DNA of 64,000 bases from Candidatus Hydrogenedentota bacterium (lineage in GTDB: Bacteria; Hydrogenedentota; Hydrogenedentia; Hydrogenedentales; SLHB01): the NCBI GenBank assembly GCA_045863335.1, contig BTVY01000004.1, forward strand, positions 1 to 64,000, written 5' to 3'. The notes under the pieces were generated by a model that was not told where the DNA came from, did not search any database, and saw only the letters and a program-made list of their open reading frames with translations. Below are positions 32,501-40,899 of the stretch, one piece after another. A program made the translations under genes and the position numbers. Position 1 is the stretch's first letter. Each line of letters begins with the position of its first letter.

Positions 32501-32936
32501 AACCCTTTACTAAGTCATCTGCGAGCCAGTCACGTACCTCCAAAGGATACAGGGTGATAGAGTGTAGATCCTTAAACGAGACCCACATCGGTTCATGAAG
32601 GTCGCCAGCCTTCGATTCCTCCAATTCCTCACCGCCCAAGGCGACTTGGCCTGAACAATAACTGCAGGCATAGAAGTAATGGTCACTATCGCCCACAAGG
32701 TCGTGGTGGTAAAGGAGTCGATCGACGGACACGACTACCGAACACTCTTCCAGAATCTCCCGCACTACAGCTTCCTCAACCGATTCACCGCACTCTACCC
32801 CCCCGCCGGGAAAAGTAAAATACACCCGGCCGTAGTGCGAACGTCTCATAAGCAAGACGGCCTGTTGGTGGAGAACGATTCCAACGGCGCGGGTGCCATT
32901 CGGCTTATCTAATCGCGTTATTTGTTTCATACCCAT
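32445..32936 (-). CDS. NUDIX hydrolase
   Basis: FPGGGVECGESVEEAVVREILEECS Nudix box. Confidence 0.92.
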   Translation of the reverse strand: MGMKQITRLDKPNGTRAVGIVLHQQAVLLMRRSHYGRVYFTFPGGGVECGESVEEAVVREILEECSVVVSVDRLLYHHDLVGDSDHYFYACSYCSGQVALGGEELEESKAGDLHEPMWVSFKDLHSITLYPLEVRDWLADDLVKGFVPEARTLKCGPGQLRED

Positions 32937-33065
32937 GCTTCACATTATTCTCAGCTACCGCCTTCGACTATCACGTAGACTGTCCCATTGCATACGGCAC
33001 TGCTTTATATGCCCCCCGGGAAACATCCGTACAGCCCACACTAAACCGTAAATTGGTGTCGAAAC

Positions 33066-34136
33066 TTACGACATTCCATTCACCAAAGCCTCCCACATTC
33101 TGGCCACGTGTTCCGAGGAGAGCTCCTCCGCTTCCTGCCGTGCTCTGACGCCCATCTTCGCTCTTAGCGAACAACAACTCAACAGCCTGCAAATGAGCTC
33201 GGTAAATTTTGCTTCGGTTGCAGGAACTTCAGGATCGCCAGCGACAAGATAACCTGTAGTACCTTCACGTACCCGCTCGGCTAAAGCTTCATAGTCGCTC
33301 AGGATGCATGGCGTGCCCGCGGCGGCGCTTTCAGCGGCGCTCAAACAAAACATTTCAGGGAAGCGGCAGGGGTAAATCATCAAAGCGGCCGATGCTTGTA
33401 TACATCGTAAGGCGTCTTTTGGGATCACTCCAAGCACCTCTACATTATAGCCTCCTGAAGTCAGCTTGTGAAGCAGGCGGTGATAGGGCTCCTCTCTGTC
33501 CTTTGCCTCTTCTGCTGTATAGCCCCACTGCTGATATCCACCTGTAACCCTCAGTAAAGCACTAGGGTGCCGATCCTGCACGCTCGGCCACAGACGCGCT
33601 ACAATATCTAATCCGCGGTTGGGCATGCTGCTGAAAAGACAAACCAGGTCGCGTTTTTCATGAGGAACAGGATTATACAAGTCGTAATCCACCGGAAGGG
33701 GTATGTACGATAGCCAGTTTGATGGAACCCCTGCGTCCCCTAGAACACGAGCCATCGCCCTTGAAGCAACAACGATTCTCGCTGCCCTGGGCCGGTACGT
33801 ACTTGCGAAGCGGCGTGAGCCTGAAGTCCGGTTGTCTAGCATCCAGAACAGTGTGGCCAGACGGCCGTGGGTGGGCTGTATCGCTTCTTCGCAGCGAACT
33901 GCGACGTACACATCCGGCGCTGGTGCTACTGACCACTCGTGAAGCAAATGCCAGTAGACCCCGTCGTAGCGGCCGGGTCTTAGACACGCATTAAACACGT
34001 GTATCTCATGTCCGAGCTTAGCCAAGGCTCGAGTCAACGTTACGAGGCAGCTTTCTCCACCGCCCAACCCAGGCATTTCGTAATCTGCGGGGGAAAAGGC
34101 AAAACGCTTGGGATAGTAAAAGTGCCATCTAGTCAC
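33066..34136 (-). CDS. Glycosyltransferase (GT-B, family 4-like)
   Basis: GLGGGE, SS.PNRGL, YPCRFPEMFCLSAAES.AAGTP. Confidence 0.88.
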   Translation of the reverse strand: MTRWHFYYPKRFAFSPADYEMPGLGGGESCLVTLTRALAKLGHEIHVFNACLRPGRYDGVYWHLLHEWSVAPAPDVYVAVRCEEAIQPTHGRLATLFWMLDNRTSGSRRFASTYRPRAARIVVASRAMARVLGDAGVPSNWLSYIPLPVDYDLYNPVPHEKRDLVCLFSSMPNRGLDIVARLWPSVQDRHPSALLRVTGGYQQWGYTAEEAKDREEPYHRLLHKLTSGGYNVEVLGVIPKDALRCIQASAALMIYPCRFPEMFCLSAAESAAAGTPCILSDYEALAERVREGTTGYLVAGDPEVPATEAKFTELICRLLSCCSLRAKMGVRARQEAEELSSEHVARMWEALVNGMS

Positions 34137-34810
34137 TGTATGAGCCCTCGGCGCCTACAACGATCAAAGTGCTCGAGAACGATTTCTGTCAGAACTTCCG
34201 GTTCTACGCCATCGGTATTCAGGACCAGTACATCTGGTACATTTTCTTGAAGAAGGCGGAGAAGGCTTAGGTCCCATTCTTCAAATACGGATTGGTCGTA
34301 CTCCAAGAACCTGTAATTCTCTACCTTGGTGGTGCGGCCATTCTCAAAGTCACTTCTATGGCGGAGGATTCTCACCTGGAATGGCGTTGTCAGAAAAGCA
34401 CATCCGCCGTAACAAACAAGCAAAGACCGGAACGCTTCAAAGAAGTTCGTCATAATCGTGTCAGAGTCGATGATGGCTTTTGCCCAGGCCCTGTAGTGAG
34501 AACTCACCTTTACAGTGGTGTTACCGTTCCGCTCGCAAAAAAGTATGCCGTCTACAAGCGGTCCGAGCAAATAAACACTGCGCTTCAGCGTTTTCTCTAA
34601 CCGCGAGGAGCGTCCAACCCCTGCAAGGTATGTCAGGCGGCAGTCAAGATACTGAAGCGGTGACCGAACAAGAGGACCAATGACAACTGAAATCGGTCGC
34701 ATGCACCGCTCGCCCAGCGCGCTCGCGAGATGCCGAGCGAGCGTCTTCTTTCCCGAGCAATCGAGCCCTTCTATTAGATACGGGCGGCAATTGCGACGAT
34801 GTAGCATCAT
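34133..34810 (-). CDS. Thymidylate-kinase-like P-loop protein
   Basis: LIEGLDCSGKKTLA Walker A. Confidence 0.65.
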   Translation of the reverse strand: MMLHRRNCRPYLIEGLDCSGKKTLARHLASALGERCMRPISVVIGPLVRSPLQYLDCRLTYLAGVGRSSRLEKTLKRSVYLLGPLVDGILFCERNGNTTVKVSSHYRAWAKAIIDSDTIMTNFFEAFRSLLVCYGGCAFLTTPFQVRILRHRSDFENGRTTKVENYRFLEYDQSVFEEWDLSLLRLLQENVPDVLVLNTDGVEPEVLTEIVLEHFDRCRRRGLIQ

Positions 34811-35982
34811 GACACCAGTCTTGGCGAAGATACGGTGTCATCTAAACTACCATGCGGGGCTAGGTACAAGGGTTCACCCACTCGGAGACTTTCCTGTACG
34901 AGCTGTTCTACTTGTGCCAAGGCCACCGTGCCAAGTGAAAGTAGATCAAGAAGGTGGAGAGGGCACGGTGGAGAACTAGCTACAAAGGCGTAATTCCACG
35001 AATCCTGCCCATCCGGCAGACAGTGTACAGGTTCTCTCGTTCTCAACGCAAAGCCAAGATCTTCGAGCGCAGACAGAGCCAAACCTATCCTCCCATATGT
35101 ATTGCCGAAATGAGTCACTCTTGCTCCAAGACAGGAGAGCACCGCCTCAACGATAGCGATGAGGCGTGCGCCCACTACCGTAGTCCCTGAGACAAGTCCT
35201 TCCGCGATGTCATGGAGGTTAGTACTCTTCACTGGCCCTGCCCTGCCCGATAGCGGGTCGATCACAATTTGGCAAAAGGTTCCGCTTCCCGCGGCCCACG
35301 CAACTCGGTATATGCTCAAGTCCTCTGAATGCCCGAAAGCTAGTTTTGTATACTCAGAAGCATGGTCAGCAATGGCCATTCGCGCGAGGACGGACTCAAT
35401 AGTCCGAGCGTAGGAATCCAAAACCCGGGCAATGACAAAACGTTCTGGAGCCTTTGTTAGACTCCGTAAGTGGACATCGGGTAACGAACAGAAGACATAT
35501 CTTGAAAGGTCAAAATTGCTCATGTTCACAACTTCACCCAAAGTTGTATTTCCACTTTCACTGAGATTAGTCCTCAGACAGTCATACTGCATCGCTACTG
35601 CATTTCTTTCAGACGCCGTAAGTCCAGAACCGGATCGCACCCCGTTGTCAAACACTGGGTGGAGAAACTGCCAAGCCAAGTGCGAGGGCATCCACCATGG
35701 CACGTATGCAAGAAAACTTGGGAGTTCGAACAGATTGGCACGCACGGCATCACTCGACGGTAGGGTTGGAATACCCGTACCGCTGAAGCGGATAAACCTG
35801 AGCGTGCATCCTCCCCCTTTTCGCGGTACCTCGTTTAATATTCCGATGTTCTCGCGAACGATACTAATATGTCGGTGATAATATACGGGCATGCGGGATG
35901 ATGGGTTCACTGTAGGATGCCACCCATCGGTATAGGAGAAGCTCCCAGAGTACTCTACTGCCGTCACTGGAGTAACTCCCAA
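34807..35982 (-). CDS. Hypothetical protein
   Basis: 391-aa ORF overlapping both neighbours in the operon. Confidence 0.7.
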   Translation of the reverse strand: MGVTPVTAVEYSGSFSYTDGWHPTVNPSSRMPVYYHRHISIVRENIGILNEVPRKGGGCTLRFIRFSGTGIPTLPSSDAVRANLFELPSFLAYVPWWMPSHLAWQFLHPVFDNGVRSGSGLTASERNAVAMQYDCLRTNLSESGNTTLGEVVNMSNFDLSRYVFCSLPDVHLRSLTKAPERFVIARVLDSYARTIESVLARMAIADHASEYTKLAFGHSEDLSIYRVAWAAGSGTFCQIVIDPLSGRAGPVKSTNLHDIAEGLVSGTTVVGARLIAIVEAVLSCLGARVTHFGNTYGRIGLALSALEDLGFALRTREPVHCLPDGQDSWNYAFVASSPPCPLHLLDLLSLGTVALAQVEQLVQESLRVGEPLYLAPHGSLDDTVSSPRLVS

Positions 35983-37442
35983 GGGGTTAAGGGTGACTCG
36001 CGAAGTAACTCACGATAGACGGCCAGATTACGGTCCAGTTCATTTCTTTTTGCATCCGTGCTCCCGGAGCGAGGCAGGTGATGGACGTGGAAAACACCAG
36101 TACTAAGAACTGGGCTCACGAAGAAACCTCGCGCAATCATCTTAGCTGCAAAACTGACGTCTTCGGGCCCCCAACCTTCGAAAGCTTTGGCAAATCCTAC
36201 CTCTGTCGCCGCGTTGCGTCTAATACTGAAGTTGTTGCCTTTGACCATAAAAGGAAGGTCTACGGGCCCCAAATTCGAGTAGTATCCAAAAGTACGAAAG
36301 TTATCAGTAGATGCCAGCGGGGTAACCCTAACTCGTTCTGGTACTTGCCGGAGTCCCGGCCAGTTCGCGGGGTAAGTGGCAACAGTTCGAGAATCAAGCG
36401 ACGTGTCTGGGAGACGGTCCGGGATCGCAGTGTTGTTGATGTCCTCTCTCAAGGACACAAGTATCAGGTTCGGAAAAACCCTGTGCCTCAACCAGTGATT
36501 TATGATGTAATTCCGCGAGAGGTACGTATCTGCATCCAAGAAGAAGACAATACTGCCCCGCGCAACAGCGAGTCCCAGATTTCTGGCTCCCGCGCAATGC
36601 TGGCGGGAGGTAGAACGGATAACTGCGACCGAAGGACTAATCTTAGTAAAGTCACACTTGGTAGTACAGCCGTCATCAACAACGATGATCTCCGCCTTCA
36701 CGTTGTGCGGAAGTGGCTCTAAAGCGAGCAACACCGATGACACAGTGTTCGCTATTGTGCTATCAGCGCGATAGCAGGGGATGACAAACGAGATGGTATC
36801 TGAAACGAGGTCGAAGTGGGAAGGAGTATGGTGACAGTCGCCGTAGACGAAGTCGACGTTGAAGAGCGATTGACAGAGATGTGCTGCCAATGAATAGTCA
36901 TTGGATTTCCTTTGGAGAAAGTCAACCGTAGTCCCAAAAGAGGCAGACTGGGAAACAGGTGTAAGGTAGCCGAGGCACGAAAGAGCGTCAGTTCCTGCGT
37001 GAATCGGGAAAGCTGCTGCAACAGAGCATGAGGCAAGGTCCCTTGATGCGAACCGACGCAAGTTCTCTAGGGTCACTGGTACGAAGCCTTGAGTTGCCCA
37101 AAAACATCGTGATTCTCGAGCCTTTGTCTCTAACAATAACGTAAAGTTTTCGCAATCTCGAAGTTCGGGAGCGCTAAGAAGGGCAAAAGTTGAGTTCGTG
37201 TTGATAGAGAAGGACTGCCCAGAGGACGAGAGGCGAAGTGATGGGTAGCCGGGTGGTCTGAGGAGCAAGAGCTCGGAATGTCCGAGGCGCCAAAGAATAC
37301 TAGGAATCAACGGAGGCATACCGGCGCAATGAAAATGCGATAAGTCATCCATAGCACGCCCTGTCCTGGGGTGGTTGCACATTTGGAAAGGTATGCTTGA
37401 CCATGTTCGAGGCAGCATCTCCTCAGCTCTCAAAATGAGCAC
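35964..37442 (-). CDS. Glycosyltransferase family 2 with unknown N-terminal domain
   Basis: SFVIPCY, IIVVDDG, ARN.G, FLDAD, FEGWGPED. Confidence 0.88.
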   Translation of the reverse strand: MLILRAEEMLPRTWSSIPFQMCNHPRTGRAMDDLSHFHCAGMPPLIPSILWRLGHSELLLLRPPGYPSLRLSSSGQSFSINTNSTFALLSAPELRDCENFTLLLETKARESRCFWATQGFVPVTLENLRRFASRDLASCSVAAAFPIHAGTDALSCLGYLTPVSQSASFGTTVDFLQRKSNDYSLAAHLCQSLFNVDFVYGDCHHTPSHFDLVSDTISFVIPCYRADSTIANTVSSVLLALEPLPHNVKAEIIVVDDGCTTKCDFTKISPSVAVIRSTSRQHCAGARNLGLAVARGSIVFFLDADTYLSRNYIINHWLRHRVFPNLILVSLREDINNTAIPDRLPDTSLDSRTVATYPANWPGLRQVPERVRVTPLASTDNFRTFGYYSNLGPVDLPFMVKGNNFSIRRNAATEVGFAKAFEGWGPEDVSFAAKMIARGFFVSPVLSTGVFHVHHLPRSGSTDAKRNELDRNLAVYRELLRESPLTPWELLQ

Positions 37443-37549
37443 ACATACCGCGATGGGTCAGCACATGGAGAGCTTTAGCAATTGCAGTATAGCAGACGGC
37501 GTACCAAAGGACATCGTCTTTAAGGAACTTTGTTTAAGAAGCTGACCTT

Positions 37550-37801
37550 CAGTAGACTTCGAGACTTCAGGGACTTCACCCGGGGCCTGGTCTCCCCCTT
37601 GCCAATCTCCCCCTGTCCGATAGAATGGAATGGCCCATCGAGTCAGTCTGAAAAATCGTTTTCCTCTTGACCACCTTCCGGCAAAATGACGTTTTCCTCG
37701 GCAGTTGTACGGCAATGTTTGATCACTCCGGCAAGCATTACCTCCAAAGTTCGAAGTCTGCCTCGATACGGGTCACAATAAGCCCAAACTTCGAACTTTA
37801 G
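37550..37801. repeat. Array repeat R3 (complete; att with 12-bp inverted arms)
   Basis: Three GACTTC, conserved motif, open 43-codon recombinase tail, AAAGTTCGAAGT (37746-57) and ACTTCGAACTTT (37788-99). Confidence 0.92.
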
Positions 37802-37893
37802 AATTTGGCTCAACGAAGCCATTTATGAGGAACGAAAAACCGTAGATTCTGAGGATTTTTGCCTTGTCTCATTGAATCCACTCGGGAATCGAA

Positions 37894-38361
37894 CTAACTT
37901 TTCGAATTGGCTTGTTGGTTTTGATTTAAGTGAAGGTACTGCACATATTTCTCTCTTATTTCGGGTAGCCGCTCTAGGTTCCCCCGGCTTAGGATGGAGA
38001 CGAGCTCGTCAATCAAGGATAGGGTATCTTTGATTGGTTTTAATGCGGATCGCGGATTCATTCTAAGATGCAACGCTACCCGTTCGAGTGTGGGCGTGTT
38101 CGATTTGGGTTGAGTGCCGTCATGGCGTGTATGGATGGTGAAGAGTTCTTCTTCATCCTGAACAAATTCAAATAATTGCTGGTGGGTTTTCTTAGTGGAA
38201 TTCTCGGACGAATCTTCGTTCTCCATAGAATCAAGGGCTGAACCAATAGAATCCAACAACTGAGTGTTGAGAGCTTGGAGTTTCTTGCGAGCATCCGGAA
38301 GTTCGAGTCCCGTTGACCCTTCTAACCCCCTTAATTGTGCCTCAAGATCTGTGTATGTCAT
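37894..38361 (-). CDS. Hypothetical protein (cassette cargo)
   Basis: Helical 155-aa ORF in an AT-richer block. Confidence 0.6.
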   Translation of the reverse strand: MTYTDLEAQLRGLEGSTGLELPDARKKLQALNTQLLDSIGSALDSMENEDSSENSTKKTHQQLFEFVQDEEELFTIHTRHDGTQPKSNTPTLERVALHLRMNPRSALKPIKDTLSLIDELVSILSRGNLERLPEIREKYVQYLHLNQNQQANSKS

Positions 38362-38420
38362 TAGCCTAAGAATATAGAAACAGGGCACAGCCCGCAAGAC
38401 TCTGCCCTGTTTCATCAAAA

Positions 38421-38627
38421 TTATCTACTGGCAGGGTCGCTACACTCGTCGCAACTACCCCGATGCTCTACGCCGCTATTTCCGGTATCCTTCTCGACCC
38501 AGGCATGGCAATGGTCACTTTCTCCCTTGCCGGTAGAGAAGACATCAACTTGATGGCTTGATTCCTTGATGATTATGCGATCATCACCGCTACGATGTAC
38601 TTCGGGCTTTGGAGCCACTGTTTTCAC
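38421..38627 (-). CDS. Small His/Cys-containing hypothetical protein
   Basis: Strong RBS aaggag before GTG; HCH...H..CxxC. Confidence 0.6.
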   Translation of the reverse strand: MKTVAPKPEVHRSGDDRIIIKESSHQVDVFSTGKGESDHCHAWVEKDTGNSGVEHRGSCDECSDPASR

Positions 38628-38761
38628 CTCCTTCGTCTTCGTTGAGTGTCAGTGCCTCCTCTTCTTGCACCCCAATTGTACCCGGCAATCTATCATTTTG
38701 TCCAATTTTAGGACAATTGAATTAAATCTCACTTCGTATGCGGTATATGCGGGATCGCATG

Positions 38762-38790
38762 CCAAAAGAGCCCCGATGGGGCTCTTTTGG
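38762..38790. terminator. Bidirectional intrinsic terminator
   Basis: ccaaaagagcccc-gat-ggggctcttttgg. Confidence 0.8.
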
Positions 38791-39039
38791 TTACGCTTTT
38801 TCTTCGATTTTTTCCAGTCGCCGGCGATGATCGCCAAGGTGGTCGGCAAAGTAATCCAAACGATTCTCGACACTGGTTAGCCTTAACTCTACCCGGGCTA
38901 ACCTGTTTTCAACTTTATCCAAACGATTCTCGACGCCATCGAATCTTTCGTCCACGGCATTAAATCGTTCGTCCACCGCGTCAAAACCGCATTTGACCAT
39001 CAGTGCTAAATCATCAAGAGTGGTTTTCTTCTTCGGCAT
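38791..39039 (-). CDS. Small heptad-repeat coiled-coil protein
   Basis: TLDDLA.MV..GF then repeated VDERF/VENRL heptads; terminator directly after the stop. Confidence 0.8.
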   Translation of the reverse strand: MPKKKTTLDDLALMVKCGFDAVDERFNAVDERFDGVENRLDKVENRLARVELRLTSVENRLDYFADHLGDHRRRLEKIEEKA

Positions 39040-39086
39040 ATTACTTTAAGTTTAATGCTTGTGTGTTGTCTGTCAAGATTGAAAAA

Positions 39087-39312
39087 CAGTAGACTTCCGG
39101 ACTTCGGGGACTTCACCTGGGGTCTACCCACCTCTTGCCAATCTCCCTCTGTCCGATAGAATGAAGTGGCCGATAGGATTAGTCTAAAAACTCCTCTTCC
39201 TCTTGACCATCCTTCGGTACCGAAGCAAAATCAGCCATGTGTGTACCGCAATATTCGACCACTCCGGCAAAGATTGAGTCCAAAGTTCGAAACCTGCCTC
39301 TATACGGGTCAC
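39087..39312. repeat. Array repeat R4 (complete, diverged tail)
   Basis: GACTTC x3, ttgccaatctccctctgtccgatagaatg, tail DPYRGRFRTLDSIFAGVVEYC...FLD*, ctgcctctatacgggtcac. Confidence 0.92.
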
Positions 39313-39385
39313 AATAATTTGCCTCCGGCGGCAAAAAATACCACCTAGACAAGGTGAAAATTTGTGTCAAAAGACACCCTTAGGA

Positions 39386-39541
39386 CTACTTAGTCTGGTT
39401 GTTCTGATACTCCGATTCCTCGACTATTTTATAGGCAACCTCGACAAACCGCCTGAGATTCTCTTCGGCTGCCTCAAGCCCATTATCCGAGAGTTGAGGG
39501 AACAATCGTCTTAATCGATTAAGACTTTCCTTGTGGGTCAT
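39386..39541 (-). CDS. Small protein, paralog of 42325-42564
   Basis: L.P.LS...LE.AEENLRRFVEVA shared with 42325-42564. Confidence 0.75.
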   Translation of the reverse strand: MTHKESLNRLRRLFPQLSDNGLEAAEENLRRFVEVAYKIVEESEYQNNQTK

Positions 39542-39579
39542 ATAAATCAAGGGATTATGGTTTATACACATCGACCATC

Positions 39580-39607
39580 TTGACAATCCCACCAAACCCG
39601 CTAGAAT
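39580..39607 (+). promoter_or_regulatory. Sigma70-type promoter
   Basis: TTGACA-16 nt-TAGAAT. Confidence 0.7.
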
Positions 39608-39612
39608 GAAGA

Positions 39613-39699
39613 TGTGCTTGTGGGCGCAAGCCCCGTTCAGCTAAGGATTTCCTAAGCTGAAGGCAAGCACACCAAAGGAGCCCCTGTGGGGGCTTTTTT
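39613..39699 (+). ncRNA. Putative small structured RNA (three-way junction plus terminator)
   Basis: P1 TGTGCTTG/CAAGCACA, P2 GGGC-GCAA-GCCC, P3 TTCAGCTAAGG-ATTT-CCTAAGCTGAA, then AGCCCC..GGGGCT-TTTTT; no ORF. Confidence 0.65.
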
Positions 39700-39701
39700 G
39701 G

Positions 39702-40163
39702 TTACTCATCTTCGATATTCTTGTCATGTAACCGTTGGCCATTCTTGAGTTTTGAATCCGGCATGACGCTCCAGAAAATAATATTGCCGTCACCAATCCG
39801 TCTGAGAATTACCCGGATCTTGATTTTATTCTGGCCAGTGATGGCGGCGAAGCCCCAGTAGGTAGTCTGCTTCAAGGCAGTGAAGCCACTTTTGGATTTC
39901 TTGCCAATCGGACTCATCGTTTCGCGGAATTCTTGAAGAGTTCCTGATTTCCGAATCACATCAAGCGCTAGTGGCAGCAGGCGGAATTTAAGCATCTGCT
40001 CATCCTTGGACCGCTCTCGCCTGGCTGAAAATTGAAGATGATGAAAACCGTCCGAATTGAGTCTAATCGGAGACTGAAAATAAGGGCAGAGGATCTCCTT
40101 CTGGCGGGAGTAGATAGTCTCGGCCTTACGTTTGTATTCGGCGAACTTTTCCGCTTCAATCAT
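39702..40163 (-). CDS. Basic hypothetical protein, possibly a BECR/RelE-fold RNase toxin
   Basis: GFHHL motif, K/R-rich, C-terminal beta-meander IRVILRRIGDGNIIFWSVMP; the fold call is inference. Confidence 0.6.
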   Translation of the reverse strand: MIEAEKFAEYKRKAETIYSRQKEILCPYFQSPIRLNSDGFHHLQFSARRERSKDEQMLKFRLLPLALDVIRKSGTLQEFRETMSPIGKKSKSGFTALKQTTYWGFAAITGQNKIKIRVILRRIGDGNIIFWSVMPDSKLKNGQRLHDKNIEDE

Positions 40164-40200
40164 AGCGTCATCATAATATCGGCAAAAGCCGAGTCTGCCA

Positions 40201-40268
40201 AGTAGACTTCAAGACTTCAGGGACTTCACCTGGGGCGTACCCGCCTTTGCTAATCCTCCTTTTATCCA
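40201..40268. repeat. Array repeat R5 (iteron half only)
   Basis: agtagacttcaagacttcagggacttcacctgggg plus a degenerate ttgctaatcctcctttatcc. Confidence 0.8.
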
Positions 40269-40365
40269 AATGTGTGTGCACATTACCATAGACCCTTGAC
40301 GCGATTTGTAAGACTGGTAGTATTGACTCTAGATTCCACAACTAGAACCTAAGAGGAGAAATGAT

Positions 40366-40620
40366 ATGTTACTCAACAACACGGAGTTTTGGCTACTTGA
40401 GCACATCGAAAGAAATCAAACTGTGCCCAAAGAACTGTGCAACTTAGCCCGCAAGCTTGCGTCGTTAGGATTGCTTTGTCTTGGCTACCACAGAGACGGG
40501 ACTAAGGTTAAGGAGACGGGTAGTTTAACTTTCTTGGGGCGGCAGATTGTGAGATTGGAACGAATTGAGCGTAGTCCGTTTCGGTGCGCTCTTCAATCTT
40601 TCTTTGCACCTTTTATTTGA
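40366..40620 (+). CDS. Small hypothetical protein inserted between R5 and R6
   Basis: RBS gaggag; promoter-like TTGAC boxes upstream; hairpin plus T-run downstream. Confidence 0.6.
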   Translation: MLLNNTEFWLLEHIERNQTVPKELCNLARKLASLGLLCLGYHRDGTKVKETGSLTFLGRQIVRLERIERSPFRCALQSFFAPFI

Positions 40621-40718
40621 TTGCCCACAATACCTATCTTGTAATGACGCGGCACCTATTAGTTTAGATCAACTAAATGACTAGGTGCTTTTCTTTTTCT
40701 GTTTACGTTCAGTAATCA

Positions 40719-40899
40719 CTCTTGCCAATCTCCCCCTGTCCGATAGAATGGAATGGCCCATAGAGTCAGTCTGAAAAATAGTCTTCCTCTTGACCGCCTT
40801 CCGACACCATGTCCATATTTTCCACATTTGTACGGCAATGTTTGATCACCCCGGCAAGCATTGCCTCCAAAGTTCGAAGTCTGCCTCGATACGGGTCAC
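40719..40899. repeat. Array repeat R6 (native 3' end of recombinase 2 with att core)
   Basis: Closely matches R3; core aaagttcgaagtctgcctcgatacgggtcac at 40869-40899. Confidence 0.92.

Noticed and set aside
39179-39370. Independent 63-aa gene
   Set aside because: It is the displaced recombinase tail of R4 read from a chance upstream start.
26309-40899. Classical integron with attC sites
   Set aside because: No tyrosine integrase and no GTTRRRY-bounded attC pattern were seen; the repeats derive from a serine recombinase gene end.
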